A program made the position numbers and the translations under genes. Positions 28,838 to 37,044 of a stretch of 53,318 nucleotides of DNA are shown here, in pieces; position 1 is the stretch's first letter; each line of letters opens with the position of its first letter. The notes under the pieces were generated by a model. The model made no database searches. It saw only the letters and a list, made by a program, of their open reading frames with translations, and was not told the DNA's origin. This stretch comes from a virus (taxonomy: Duplodnaviria > Heunggongvirae > Uroviricota > Caudoviricetes): the IMG/VR virus record IMGVR_UViG_3300033463_000040, positions 1 through 53,318 of that record; one strand, 5' to 3'.

Positions 28838-31800
28838 ATGCAGGGTTGTCCATTTATTAAAAGAAGTAAGAAAGAATACGAGTCAGAGTTAGGACCTAAG
28901 CTTTTTTTAATAGCTGAACAACCTTTAGAAACAGATAAAGAAGAAATCTTTGATTCTTTTATAGCTATAAATTATTTAACTGAAGTATTTAAAAGTAGAT
29001 TTAAATCAGCAGAAACACATATTACTTATGTTAAAGATTCTACAAATGAACCTTTTGCACGAAATGTATTTTTTAATCTTTTAGGGCATTATGTTAAAAG
29101 AGGTACATTAGAGCCTGATAAGTTAGTTATTGCATTTGTAGGTCAAAAAGCATTTGAAGCATTTAAAGCAGATTATTTATCACAACCGGATATGGGTGGA
29201 ATTGAATTATATCTAAATGAAAATAAAAAGATTCTTAGAATTACAGCCGTATGGTTAAATAGATTGGTTTTAGACGAAAAAGGTAAGCCAAAAGATGTAT
29301 TAGTACCATATGTAATTTTACCTGATATTACAGAAGATTATACAAATATTGTACAACAATTAAATAATATTTCATTTAGTAAAGAAATAGTTTTATCACC
29401 TTATTGCGATACCAATCAAATTATTACTAAACTACAATTCTTATTAGAAGCTTATGAAGACAATATTTTATCCTATTTTACTTTTGAAGGTAAAGCCAAT
29501 TTAGTAACTCGTAAGATTGAATATTTTAGTATTTATGATGAATATACTAAAATTACTTTAAGGTATTGCCCTACTGATGATATTTGTAAAAATGATTCTC
29601 AAGAGTTAAAGTTAAAGTTTTATGATATATTAAAAAAAGTATTGATTACTATTCCTGTAATTGGTAATAATGTAGAAAATTTAATACAATTATTTCCATT
29701 TAAAGATCAAATAACTATATCTGATGTTAATAATTTACCAGAAGTAACAACTATAGGTAAAGCTAGTAAATTTGAAATTACAGGTGATAGAAATGGTACT
29801 GAACCTTCAGAATGGTATTATAAATGGTATAAAGAAGTATTACCAACTTTAGGATTAGATGATAAAGAAATCGAAAGAGAAGGTTATAATACTAAACAAA
29901 AATTTGAATGGATATACGATATTGAAGTATTTCATGATGATTGGCTTTTTGTTGCTAAAACTTTAGATGGTAAAAATAGATTAATCTGTTGGAATGATCC
30001 AGAAAGATTATATGATTGGGCCAAGAATAAAATTTTAATTGGATTTAATAATGCAGCATATGACGATGTAGTTATTCGTCATGCTATGTGTTTTCCATTT
30101 TTAATTGATCAAAGCCTAACTGTTAAAAAGTATTCAGATGCTTTAATTTTACATGGAGCTAAACCTGCATATCCTGAAATGAAGCCAAAATCAAATTGGA
30201 ATCCTAATTTCTTATCTTGGGATATTAGTTTTCATGGTCCATTTGATATCCGTCGTAATTCATTAAAAAAGCTTACTATGTCTGTATTAAATAAACGTAA
30301 TTATGATAGTAGCGTTTCATTTGATACTCCAAGAAAATTAACACCAAAAGAAAGATTGGATGTTGAAAAGTATTGCGAAATGGACGTTGATAATACTTTA
30401 GCATTATTTATGCCAGATCCTGATAATCCAAAACGTACATTTGCAAAAGAATCATATGATATTCGCTGGAATATGATTGTTGAATATAAGATGAAAGCTA
30501 AAACTCTTATTAATAAATCATCGTCTTTTGCAGGTAAATTATTGTGTGGTGAAGATGCTAAAGCTAATAAACAAAATACTTATAAAATAGTAAATGGCAA
30601 GAAACAATATTATTCTATTCCAGAATTAGCAATGAAAGAATTAGTAAATGATGATGGTACACCAACAAAACTTTTACAATTCTATTTAGATAATCAAGAT
30701 AATCCGGATTATATTAAAGAAAAGTTTGAAGTACAACTTGGTGGTTTTGATGAAGGTCATAAATATCAATTTGGATTTGGTGGATTACATCAAGCTTTGA
30801 TTGGATATAGAAGTAAAAATTTAGTTAATATGGACGTTGCTTCATTGTATCCTTCTTTATTGGTGGAATATGGATTAATGTCTAGAGGGGCTGCTAAAAA
30901 TCCTGAATCATATAAAGAAGTATATCATACACGTTTACAAGCTAAAAAAGAAGGAAAAACACTTCTTAATTTAGGTCTTAAATTGATTCTTAACGGTGCT
31001 ATTGGTGCTATGTTATCAGAATTTAATCCATTATATGATACATGGTCTAATTCATCAATTTGCGTGCATGGACAATTGCTATTATTTATTTTGGTAAAAC
31101 GCTTATATGATGCTGGTTTTAATATTATTCAAACCAACACTGATGGTATTATGATTGAACGCCAAGAAGGGGTAGATTTTATGCCTATTGCTGATCAATG
31201 GCAAAAAGAAACGAGATTAGTCTTGGAATTTGATGAAATTGATACTTTAGCTCAGAATAATGTTAATAATTACTATTGTAAGTTTACTAATGGCAAAGTA
31301 AAGTCTAAAGGGTTTTATTTATCAAACGAAAAATTTGGTAAAGCTACTTCTAAGATTTTATGTAATATGGTAACAGATCAGCCGTTATTAGATGGTGTAG
31401 AACCAAGAGATTTTGTATTATATAAGAAACATGCGATTGGTGAGATTTATGATGGTAAAACTAATAAAAAAGTTGATGGTCGTAGTTTAGCTTTTGTAGT
31501 AGGTTTTCCTAATGATCCAAGAACACAATCTTATTATAGTCGTAGTAAAAACGCAAGAAGTGTTGCTAAGAAAGATGAAAATGGTAATCCTGTTTTAGAT
31601 AAAGATGGTAAACCTGAAACAGAAATAGTACATACTATAAGTAAGATTACAGGTTTTAATGATCATATGCTATTAGTTGATGATTTAAATACCTTAACTA
31701 TGGATGAAATTAATACTATGCAATATATCGCATTTGCTAGAAATTTATTAGATGATAATAGTGGTGAATTTGGTCCATATTATACAGCAGATTATGAAAA

Positions 31801-32509
31801 GGTCGAAGAAAAAGATGTATTACAAGCTTTAAATAATTTTAAAGATAATACAGCCGAATATCCAACTAATAGTAATGTATATGCACAAAATTTACTATTT
31901 GAATGTGATGATATGACTAAAGAAGAACAAGAAGAACAAATTAATAAACATAAAGATTTGTGGTATCGTGTTGTTTGGTCGGGTAGTAAATCATATCATT
32001 GTGTAGTTAAATTAAGTCATCCTGTAACAGCTTTGCAATATAAGAATATATGGTATTATATTATGTATACTTATAAGCTTATTGGATGTGATGAACAAGC
32101 CAATGTACCATCTAAATATACCCGAGTACCAGATCAAATGAATCCAAAAACTGGTGAAATGGCTACTTTATATTTATATGATAAAAATGTCTTAGATGTT
32201 GATACTATTTTAGCCGAATTACCAAGAATTAAAGAAAGTATAAAACCATTTAAAGAATATACAGGTAAAGTTGATATGAAAGCCTTGGAGAGACATATTA
32301 AAAAATTTGACTGGAGTGAAGGTAATCGCTTTGCTGCTTGTCAAAAACTATCTCCAAGATTAATATCACAAGTACCTATGGAAGAATTATTAAAGATGAT
32401 TCCTGATGGTGATTGTTTAGATAAAGATCATAAGTTTGTAATTCGTAATAAATATAAATATTATGAAAAGCATAAAGATGAAATTGAAAAAGAATTGTTA
32501 GAAGGATAA
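28838..32509 (+). CDS. Family B DNA polymerase with degenerate UDG-like N-terminus, 3'-5' exonuclease and C-terminal AEP primase domain
   Basis: Exo YDIEVF, GFNNAAYD, YCEMDV; Pol DVASLYPS, KLILNGAIG, QTNTDG; AEP LLFECDD, SGSKSYH, GCD...TRVP. Start set at the ATG after GGAGG. Confidence 0.88.
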   Translation: MQGCPFIKRSKKEYESELGPKLFLIAEQPLETDKEEIFDSFIAINYLTEVFKSRFKSAETHITYVKDSTNEPFARNVFFNLLGHYVKRGTLEPDKLVIAFVGQKAFEAFKADYLSQPDMGGIELYLNENKKILRITAVWLNRLVLDEKGKPKDVLVPYVILPDITEDYTNIVQQLNNISFSKEIVLSPYCDTNQIITKLQFLLEAYEDNILSYFTFEGKANLVTRKIEYFSIYDEYTKITLRYCPTDDICKNDSQELKLKFYDILKKVLITIPVIGNNVENLIQLFPFKDQITISDVNNLPEVTTIGKASKFEITGDRNGTEPSEWYYKWYKEVLPTLGLDDKEIEREGYNTKQKFEWIYDIEVFHDDWLFVAKTLDGKNRLICWNDPERLYDWAKNKILIGFNNAAYDDVVIRHAMCFPFLIDQSLTVKKYSDALILHGAKPAYPEMKPKSNWNPNFLSWDISFHGPFDIRRNSLKKLTMSVLNKRNYDSSVSFDTPRKLTPKERLDVEKYCEMDVDNTLALFMPDPDNPKRTFAKESYDIRWNMIVEYKMKAKTLINKSSSFAGKLLCGEDAKANKQNTYKIVNGKKQYYSIPELAMKELVNDDGTPTKLLQFYLDNQDNPDYIKEKFEVQLGGFDEGHKYQFGFGGLHQALIGYRSKNLVNMDVASLYPSLLVEYGLMSRGAAKNPESYKEVYHTRLQAKKEGKTLLNLGLKLILNGAIGAMLSEFNPLYDTWSNSSICVHGQLLLFILVKRLYDAGFNIIQTNTDGIMIERQEGVDFMPIADQWQKETRLVLEFDEIDTLAQNNVNNYYCKFTNGKVKSKGFYLSNEKFGKATSKILCNMVTDQPLLDGVEPRDFVLYKKHAIGEIYDGKTNKKVDGRSLAFVVGFPNDPRTQSYYSRSKNARSVAKKDENGNPVLDKDGKPETEIVHTISKITGFNDHMLLVDDLNTLTMDEINTMQYIAFARNLLDDNSGEFGPYYTADYEKVEEKDVLQALNNFKDNTAEYPTNSNVYAQNLLFECDDMTKEEQEEQINKHKDLWYRVVWSGSKSYHCVVKLSHPVTALQYKNIWYYIMYTYKLIGCDEQANVPSKYTRVPDQMNPKTGEMATLYLYDKNVLDVDTILAELPRIKESIKPFKEYTGKVDMKALERHIKKFDWSEGNRFAACQKLSPRLISQVPMEELLKMIPDGDCLDKDHKFVIRNKYKYYEKHKDEIEKELLEG

Positions 32510-32549
32510 GTTCTTAATAATATTCAATTTAAAACCAAAAGGAATTTTA

Positions 32550-32756
32550 ATGGTTAAAGTATTGGTTGTAGATAATAATGTTGAAAAAGCATTAAAAAAG
32601 ATTAAACGTAAAGGTCTTAAAGAAGGCTTTTCATTTGAACAAAAACGCCGTAGTAGATATATTAAACCAAATGTACGCAAAGTTCAACGTAAAAAAGAAC
32701 AAGTACGTAATGAAATGAAACGCCAACGTATTCAAAAACAGGTTTGGGGTTTTTAA
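32550..32756 (+). CDS. rpsU: Ribosomal protein bS21
   Basis: VLVVDNNVEKALKKIKRKGLKEG...KRRSRYIKPNVRK. Confidence 0.85.
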   Translation: MVKVLVVDNNVEKALKKIKRKGLKEGFSFEQKRRSRYIKPNVRKVQRKKEQVRNEMKRQRIQKQVWGF

Positions 32757-32763
32757 TCTGTTT

Positions 32764-32811
32764 TGGAAATTTATTTTAAAAAAGGTTATCAAATTTAACA
32801 TTCTATATAAT
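32764..32811 (+). promoter_or_regulatory. Bipartite phage promoter TGGAAA...TTCTA
   Basis: TGGAAATTT (first G at 32765) and ATTCTATATAAT (TTCTA at 32801), upstream of dUTPase. Confidence 0.6.
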
Positions 32812-32832
32812 GTATAACAAAGGAGTACTTTT

Positions 32833-33342
32833 ATGATTTATACAAAAATTAAGGATGTTAAAGATCCAATTGGTAATCGCCAAGAAGATGCTGGTATTGA
32901 CTTTTTCGTTCCAAATGATTGGAATGAAGGTAAATCTTATATTTTGAGATTAGGTGAACAAGTTAATATTCCATCTGGTATTAAAACTAAATTAAAAAGC
33001 AATCAATATTTACAAATGATGAATAAATCTGGTGTAGCATTAAAGAAAGGTTTAGTATTTGGTGCTTGTGTAATTGATGCAGGTTATCGTGGTGAAATTC
33101 ATTTGAATATGTTTAAAGTAGTAAAAGGCACCGAAGATATTCGAGTTCGTCGTAAAGGATTTTTAGGTTGGTTAGGATTTAAAGAATGGGCAACTGTAAT
33201 TAATCCAGGTGATAAGATTATTCAAGGTATTATTATTAACATCTCAAATGAAGCTTTAAAAGGTGTACCTAATAAAGTATATGATCAGGGTCCAAAAACA
33301 AAAAGAGCAACAGGTGGTTTTGGAAGTACTGGTTCAAAATAA
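32833..33342 (+). CDS. dut: Trimeric dUTPase
   Basis: AGIDFF, KSGVA, VIDAGYRGEI, KIIQG, RATGGFGSTG (five motifs). Confidence 0.9.
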   Translation: MIYTKIKDVKDPIGNRQEDAGIDFFVPNDWNEGKSYILRLGEQVNIPSGIKTKLKSNQYLQMMNKSGVALKKGLVFGACVIDAGYRGEIHLNMFKVVKGTEDIRVRRKGFLGWLGFKEWATVINPGDKIIQGIIINISNEALKGVPNKVYDQGPKTKRATGGFGSTGSK

Positions 33343-33359
33343 TAAAGTTCCTGTGCGTG

Positions 33360-33398
33360 AATATCCTTAGTTGTCATGGGCTAAGGATATTTTTTTTT
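33360..33398 (+). terminator. Intrinsic terminator
   Basis: AATATCCTTAG-N10-CTAAGGATATT followed by a T run. Confidence 0.8.
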
Positions 33399-33404
33399 AT
33401 ATAA

Positions 33405-33452
33405 TGGAAATTTTGTTTGATTTTTATCTGGCTAGTTTAAATTCTATATTAT
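33405..33452 (+). promoter_or_regulatory. Bipartite phage promoter TGGAAA...TTCTA
   Basis: TGGAAATTTT (G at 33406) and ATTCTATATTAT (TTCTA at 33442); heads the DUF5664/ThyA-like operon. Confidence 0.6.
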
Positions 33453-33468
33453 ATAAAGGAGCTAAAAC

Positions 33469-33621
33469 ATGACAGATATAATTTCAAAAATTATTTTAGG
33501 TATTTGTTTTACTATTGTTGTATTTTTGCTTGGTGTTGATATTGGTACTAGATATATTGAAATTACACCAGAACAATGTTTATCAGTTTGTGTAGAACAA
33601 TTTGAAAAATTCGGTTGCTAA
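33469..33621 (+). CDS. Small membrane protein (50 aa)
   Basis: Not in the track. AAGGAG RBS; MTDIISKIILGICFTIVVFLLGVDIGTRYIEITPEQCLSVCVEQFEKFGC*. Confidence 0.65.
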   Translation: MTDIISKIILGICFTIVVFLLGVDIGTRYIEITPEQCLSVCVEQFEKFGC

Positions 33622-33638
33622 AAGAAAGGAGAATTACT

Positions 33639-34010
33639 ATGGCTAAGAAAGAATATAAAGAAATAATTACTGCAAAAGAACCAGGTGGTGGAATTAAATA
33701 TGATCAAGGTAAACTTAATTGGTCTTTATTACCATGGGAAGTTATTGAAACGGCAGTAAATAGATATACAGTTGGTGCAAAAAAATATGAACCTTGGTCA
33801 TGGACATTAGTAGATCATGGTAAAGAAAGATATGAGTCTGCTTTAATGCGACATTTTATGGAATATAAAAGAGGTAATCGTTGGGATGAAGATCCTAATT
33901 TTGAAGAACATCCATCTACTCATTTACAAGCAGCACTTTGGAATATGATATGTTTAGTATATTATGAATTACAAGATATTAAAAAAGAAAATGATGAAAA
34001 GAAGGATTAA
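33639..34010 (+). CDS. dATP/dGTP diphosphohydrolase-like protein (DUF5664 family)
   Basis: GIKYDQGKLNWSLLP, GAKKYEPWSW, RYESALMRH, HLQAALWN; start set at the ATG after AAGGAG. Confidence 0.75.
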   Translation: MAKKEYKEIITAKEPGGGIKYDQGKLNWSLLPWEVIETAVNRYTVGAKKYEPWSWTLVDHGKERYESALMRHFMEYKRGNRWDEDPNFEEHPSTHLQAALWNMICLVYYELQDIKKENDEKKD

Positions 34011-34013
34011 AAA

Positions 34014-34388
34014 ATGAAAGTATTACACAAAGTAATTACAGAGAAAGCATATAAAAATGCTTTAGAGCGTAGTGAAATGAATCATAGAACAGAAACTCCT
34101 AGTTTTCTATTTTATGGTAAAGGTCGTTATGATAAAATTTTATATATAGAAAAAGGTAAAGTACGTTCAAGTAAATGTTCTTTTATATCTAATGAAGTAA
34201 TCCCTTTTGATTTGAATGATTTAGATGATTTACAGTATTTTAATAGTTCTTATCATACATTTATTAATAATATTACTAAAGGTCAAAATCATAGTGTATC
34301 AGTATGTGAAGTAGATAGTGATGGTAATTTAATAAGAGATTTGGAAGAGTATGAAGTTCTAGATATATGTAATCGTGCAAAAAAATAA
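34014..34388 (+). CDS. Hypothetical protein
   Basis: 124 aa ORF with AAGGA RBS inside the operon. Confidence 0.55.
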   Translation: MKVLHKVITEKAYKNALERSEMNHRTETPSFLFYGKGRYDKILYIEKGKVRSSKCSFISNEVIPFDLNDLDDLQYFNSSYHTFINNITKGQNHSVSVCEVDSDGNLIRDLEEYEVLDICNRAKK

Positions 34389-34399
34389 AAGGATTATAT

Positions 34400-35275
34400 A
34401 TGAATGCTTACAACCAACAATATTTAAATTTGCTTAAAGAAATTTTAAAGGAAGGTTTTAATGCGCCTTGCCGTACAGGCAACGAAGTCCTTGTAAGATT
34501 AAATAAAAGTCTTACCTGGGATTTAAACGAAGGCTTTCCTATTCTTACTTTTAGACAAATTCCTTTTAAAGGCGTAAAAGGTGAATTATCTTGCTTTTTA
34601 GAAGGGATTACAGATAAGCAAATATATAAAGAGCGTGGTTGTAATTATTGGGATTATTGGTGTAATCCTAAAAAAGTTCCATATTTTAATAAAGAAGGAA
34701 TGAAAGAAGAGAGAGATTTAGGTAATATTTATGGTTGGAATTATCGTTATTTTGGTGCACAATATGAAAGCTATGATACAGGTTATAAAGGACAAGGTAT
34801 TGATCAGCTTTCTCAAATTGTAGATACTCTTAAAACAAATCCATATGATCGTCGTATGATTATGACAGCGTGGGATCCTGCTCATATGGATACAATGGGT
34901 TTACCACCATGCCTACATACATGGCAATTTAATTATCTTAATAATCAATTACATCTAACAGGAATTCAAAGAAGTGCAGATACTATTTTAGGTGTACCAT
35001 CAGATATGGTTCAAGGTGCTTTATTATTACATTTAATGGCACAAACAGTTGGTATGCAGGTTGGTACATTAACATTAGAGTTTTGTAATTGTCATATTTA
35101 TGATAATCATCTTCCTATTATTGCTGAGCATATGAATACTTGGGAAAAATGTGAAATTCCTTTGCCTAATTTAATCTTAGATCCAAATGCAACAGTATTT
35201 AATTTCTTACCAGATATGGCTAAATTAGAAAATTATCAATATGGAGAAAAAGTAAGTTTTGAAATAGCCGTTTAA
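34400..35275 (+). CDS. thyA: Thymidylate synthase (ThyA) family enzyme with dCMP-type specificity residues
   Basis: CRTG, EGFPILT, GEL, DLGNIYG, GIDQL, RRMIMTAW, LPPC, QRSAD, HIY, C-terminal EIAV; PCL replaces PCH and PSD replaces PFN. Confidence 0.88.
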   Translation: MNAYNQQYLNLLKEILKEGFNAPCRTGNEVLVRLNKSLTWDLNEGFPILTFRQIPFKGVKGELSCFLEGITDKQIYKERGCNYWDYWCNPKKVPYFNKEGMKEERDLGNIYGWNYRYFGAQYESYDTGYKGQGIDQLSQIVDTLKTNPYDRRMIMTAWDPAHMDTMGLPPCLHTWQFNYLNNQLHLTGIQRSADTILGVPSDMVQGALLLHLMAQTVGMQVGTLTLEFCNCHIYDNHLPIIAEHMNTWEKCEIPLPNLILDPNATVFNFLPDMAKLENYQYGEKVSFEIAV

Positions 35276-35308
35276 TCTGTTCTATATTTATATTTAAGGA
35301 GTGAAATT

Positions 35309-35473
35309 ATGCAAGTAGATCAAAATATTTGTATTGGTTGTGGTGCATGTCAAGCGATGTGTCCTGCAGGTGCAATTCGGTTTAAAAATGGTAAATCTGA
35401 AATAGATCAAAGTAAATGTTTAAATTGTGGTTCATGCGCAACAGTATGTCCAATGGGTTGTATTTCTAAGTAA
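35309..35473 (+). CDS. 2x[4Fe-4S] ferredoxin (54 aa)
   Basis: Not in the track. AAGGAG RBS; MQVDQNICIGCGACQAMCPAGAIRFKNGKSEIDQSKCLNCGSCATVCPMGCISK* with two CxxCxxCxxxCP motifs. Confidence 0.92.
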   Translation: MQVDQNICIGCGACQAMCPAGAIRFKNGKSEIDQSKCLNCGSCATVCPMGCISK

Positions 35474-35546
35474 TTTTTATCTAAAAACAATCGCTTATTT
35501 GAATTTTAGTCCATTAACTATATATAAAAAATAGTTAATATAATGC

Positions 35547-35575
35547 TTTACTTTTTCAATAATTGCTTGTATAAT
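35547..35575 (+). promoter_or_regulatory. Sigma70-type promoter
   Basis: (GC)TTTACT-N17-TATAAT. Confidence 0.7.
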
Positions 35576-35604
35576 ATATATAGTTAATAAATAAGGAGAC
35601 ACTT

Positions 35605-35844
35605 ATGGTAAAAAAGCGTTCTTTAGACAGTTTACTAACAAAATTAGAAGATATGCCAGTTGGATCTGAAATATGGACTAAAAAATCCAATGGATATGTT
35701 GCTGATAACATTGCTACTGTAAAAAAAAGATTTCCTGATCGTAAATATAAACAGCTTTCTGTACGAACACATATAAAACCTTTTGATGAAAGTATTTGCT
35801 TAGCAGATTTTGAAAAAGTTATTTTTATTACTAGATTAGCATAA
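35605..35844 (+). CDS. Hypothetical protein
   Basis: 79 aa with AAGGAG RBS. Confidence 0.6.
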   Translation: MVKKRSLDSLLTKLEDMPVGSEIWTKKSNGYVADNIATVKKRFPDRKYKQLSVRTHIKPFDESICLADFEKVIFITRLA

Positions 35845-35845
35845 C

Positions 35846-35880
35846 AAAACCCATAGTTCTAATATAATACTATGGGTTTT
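35846..35880 (+). promoter_or_regulatory. Perfect 12-bp hairpin containing a GTTCTA promoter and the next gene's start codon
   Basis: AAAACCCATAGT (35846-35857) / ACTATGGGTTTT (35869-35880); GTTCTA at 35856, ATG at 35872. Confidence 0.7.
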
Positions 35881-36930
35881 AAATATAAATTGATGATACT
35901 CGTAGCGGGTATCTTAGCTTTAACTTCATCACTTTTAACAGCTCTTGGAATGGCAGAATTATTTCAAGGGTTATTTATTATATTTTTAATTATCGATTTA
36001 GGTCGATTCCTTGTATTAAATTTTGTTGTTGATGAATGGAAAAATCTTAGATTTATTAAATGGATTATTACATTAATACTAAGTTTATTATTTGTTTATT
36101 CTGCAGTAGGTGTATATAATAAACTTAATTCTATGATACCAGAATCTATACAGACGGCTATGATTGAAGCTGCTTCTTATAACAAAGCACAAGACAATGC
36201 CGAAATTAAACAAACTAGATCTACAGATTTGGCATCTATTGCGCAATCTGAATATCAAAAAAGTATGGATTGGAATTCAAAAGATTATGAAAATTGTATG
36301 AAACGTGCTAATGGCAATGTAGATGCTGAAAACAAGTGTAATAATACTAAAAGAAGATTAGATCGTAATGCTTCTACTGCTTTAAAAGAAGCAATGAAAA
36401 CTGCAAACCAAGATTTAGATACCACCCAAGAAGCTGTTAATAAAAATGTAAAGAATCAAGGTGAAATTGCTGGAGTTTTAACCACTGTTTGTCGTATATT
36501 ACCAAACACCGATTGTAAAACCTATGATGGACTACAAACTGCTTTAACTGTTATTATATTATTAGTTATTTGTGGATTAGATTATCTTCAATTATCTATT
36601 GTTTTAGCCGTAAATACTCGTAAAAATAAAAAAGATCCAGAAAAAGAAGAAGTAGTTAAAGAAATTATAGTAGAAAAAGAAGTAATTAAAGAAAAACCTT
36701 CAAAAAAGAAGAAAATTTTAAAGAAAAAAGTAAAAATCGAGCCAGAAATAAAAGAAAAATCTACTATAAAAGAAGAAAGTACTAAGTCTGAAGCAAAAAA
36801 ATCTAATCCTTTTCAAAAAATTTTCTCTAATCCAGTTACTACTAAAGAAGAAAAAATAGAGAAACCTTCTCTAGAAAAAAAGCCTCGCCATAAAAAGCCT
36901 TTTAGTCACGAGACTGATTTTTATAAGTAA
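35872..36930 (+). CDS. Multi-pass membrane protein with coiled-coil soluble domain and Lys/Glu-rich tail
   Basis: Three N-terminal hydrophobic segments, helical region with Cys pairs, a further TM (ALTVIILLVICG) and a charged tail. Confidence 0.65.
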   Translation: MGFKYKLMILVAGILALTSSLLTALGMAELFQGLFIIFLIIDLGRFLVLNFVVDEWKNLRFIKWIITLILSLLFVYSAVGVYNKLNSMIPESIQTAMIEAASYNKAQDNAEIKQTRSTDLASIAQSEYQKSMDWNSKDYENCMKRANGNVDAENKCNNTKRRLDRNASTALKEAMKTANQDLDTTQEAVNKNVKNQGEIAGVLTTVCRILPNTDCKTYDGLQTALTVIILLVICGLDYLQLSIVLAVNTRKNKKDPEKEEVVKEIIVEKEVIKEKPSKKKKILKKKVKIEPEIKEKSTIKEESTKSEAKKSNPFQKIFSNPVTTKEEKIEKPSLEKKPRHKKPFSHETDFYK

Positions 36931-36968
36931 AATTTTCTAAAAAATATCCCCGGAAAAATTAATTAAAA

Positions 36969-37017
36969 TGGAAATTTTTATGACTTAGATAATGATATCT
37001 AAGCTGTTCTATAATAT
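36969..37017 (+). promoter_or_regulatory. Bipartite phage promoter TGGAAA...GTTCTA
   Basis: TGGAAATTTT (G at 36970) and GTTCTATAATAT at 37006; heads trx-nrdG-nrdD. Confidence 0.6.
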
Positions 37018-37044
37018 ATCAAAGTATATAAAAGGAGTAATATA

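Noticed and set aside
28838-32509. Intein or intron as the cause of the long polymerase
   Set aside because: No Cys/Ser...His-Asn splice motifs or LAGLIDADG blocks seen; the extra length is terminal and is explained by additional domains
15876-36953. ATCCCCGG in two intergenic regions (minus strand near 15880, plus strand near 36946)
   Set aside because: Only two copies with no consistent position relative to promoters; insufficient support
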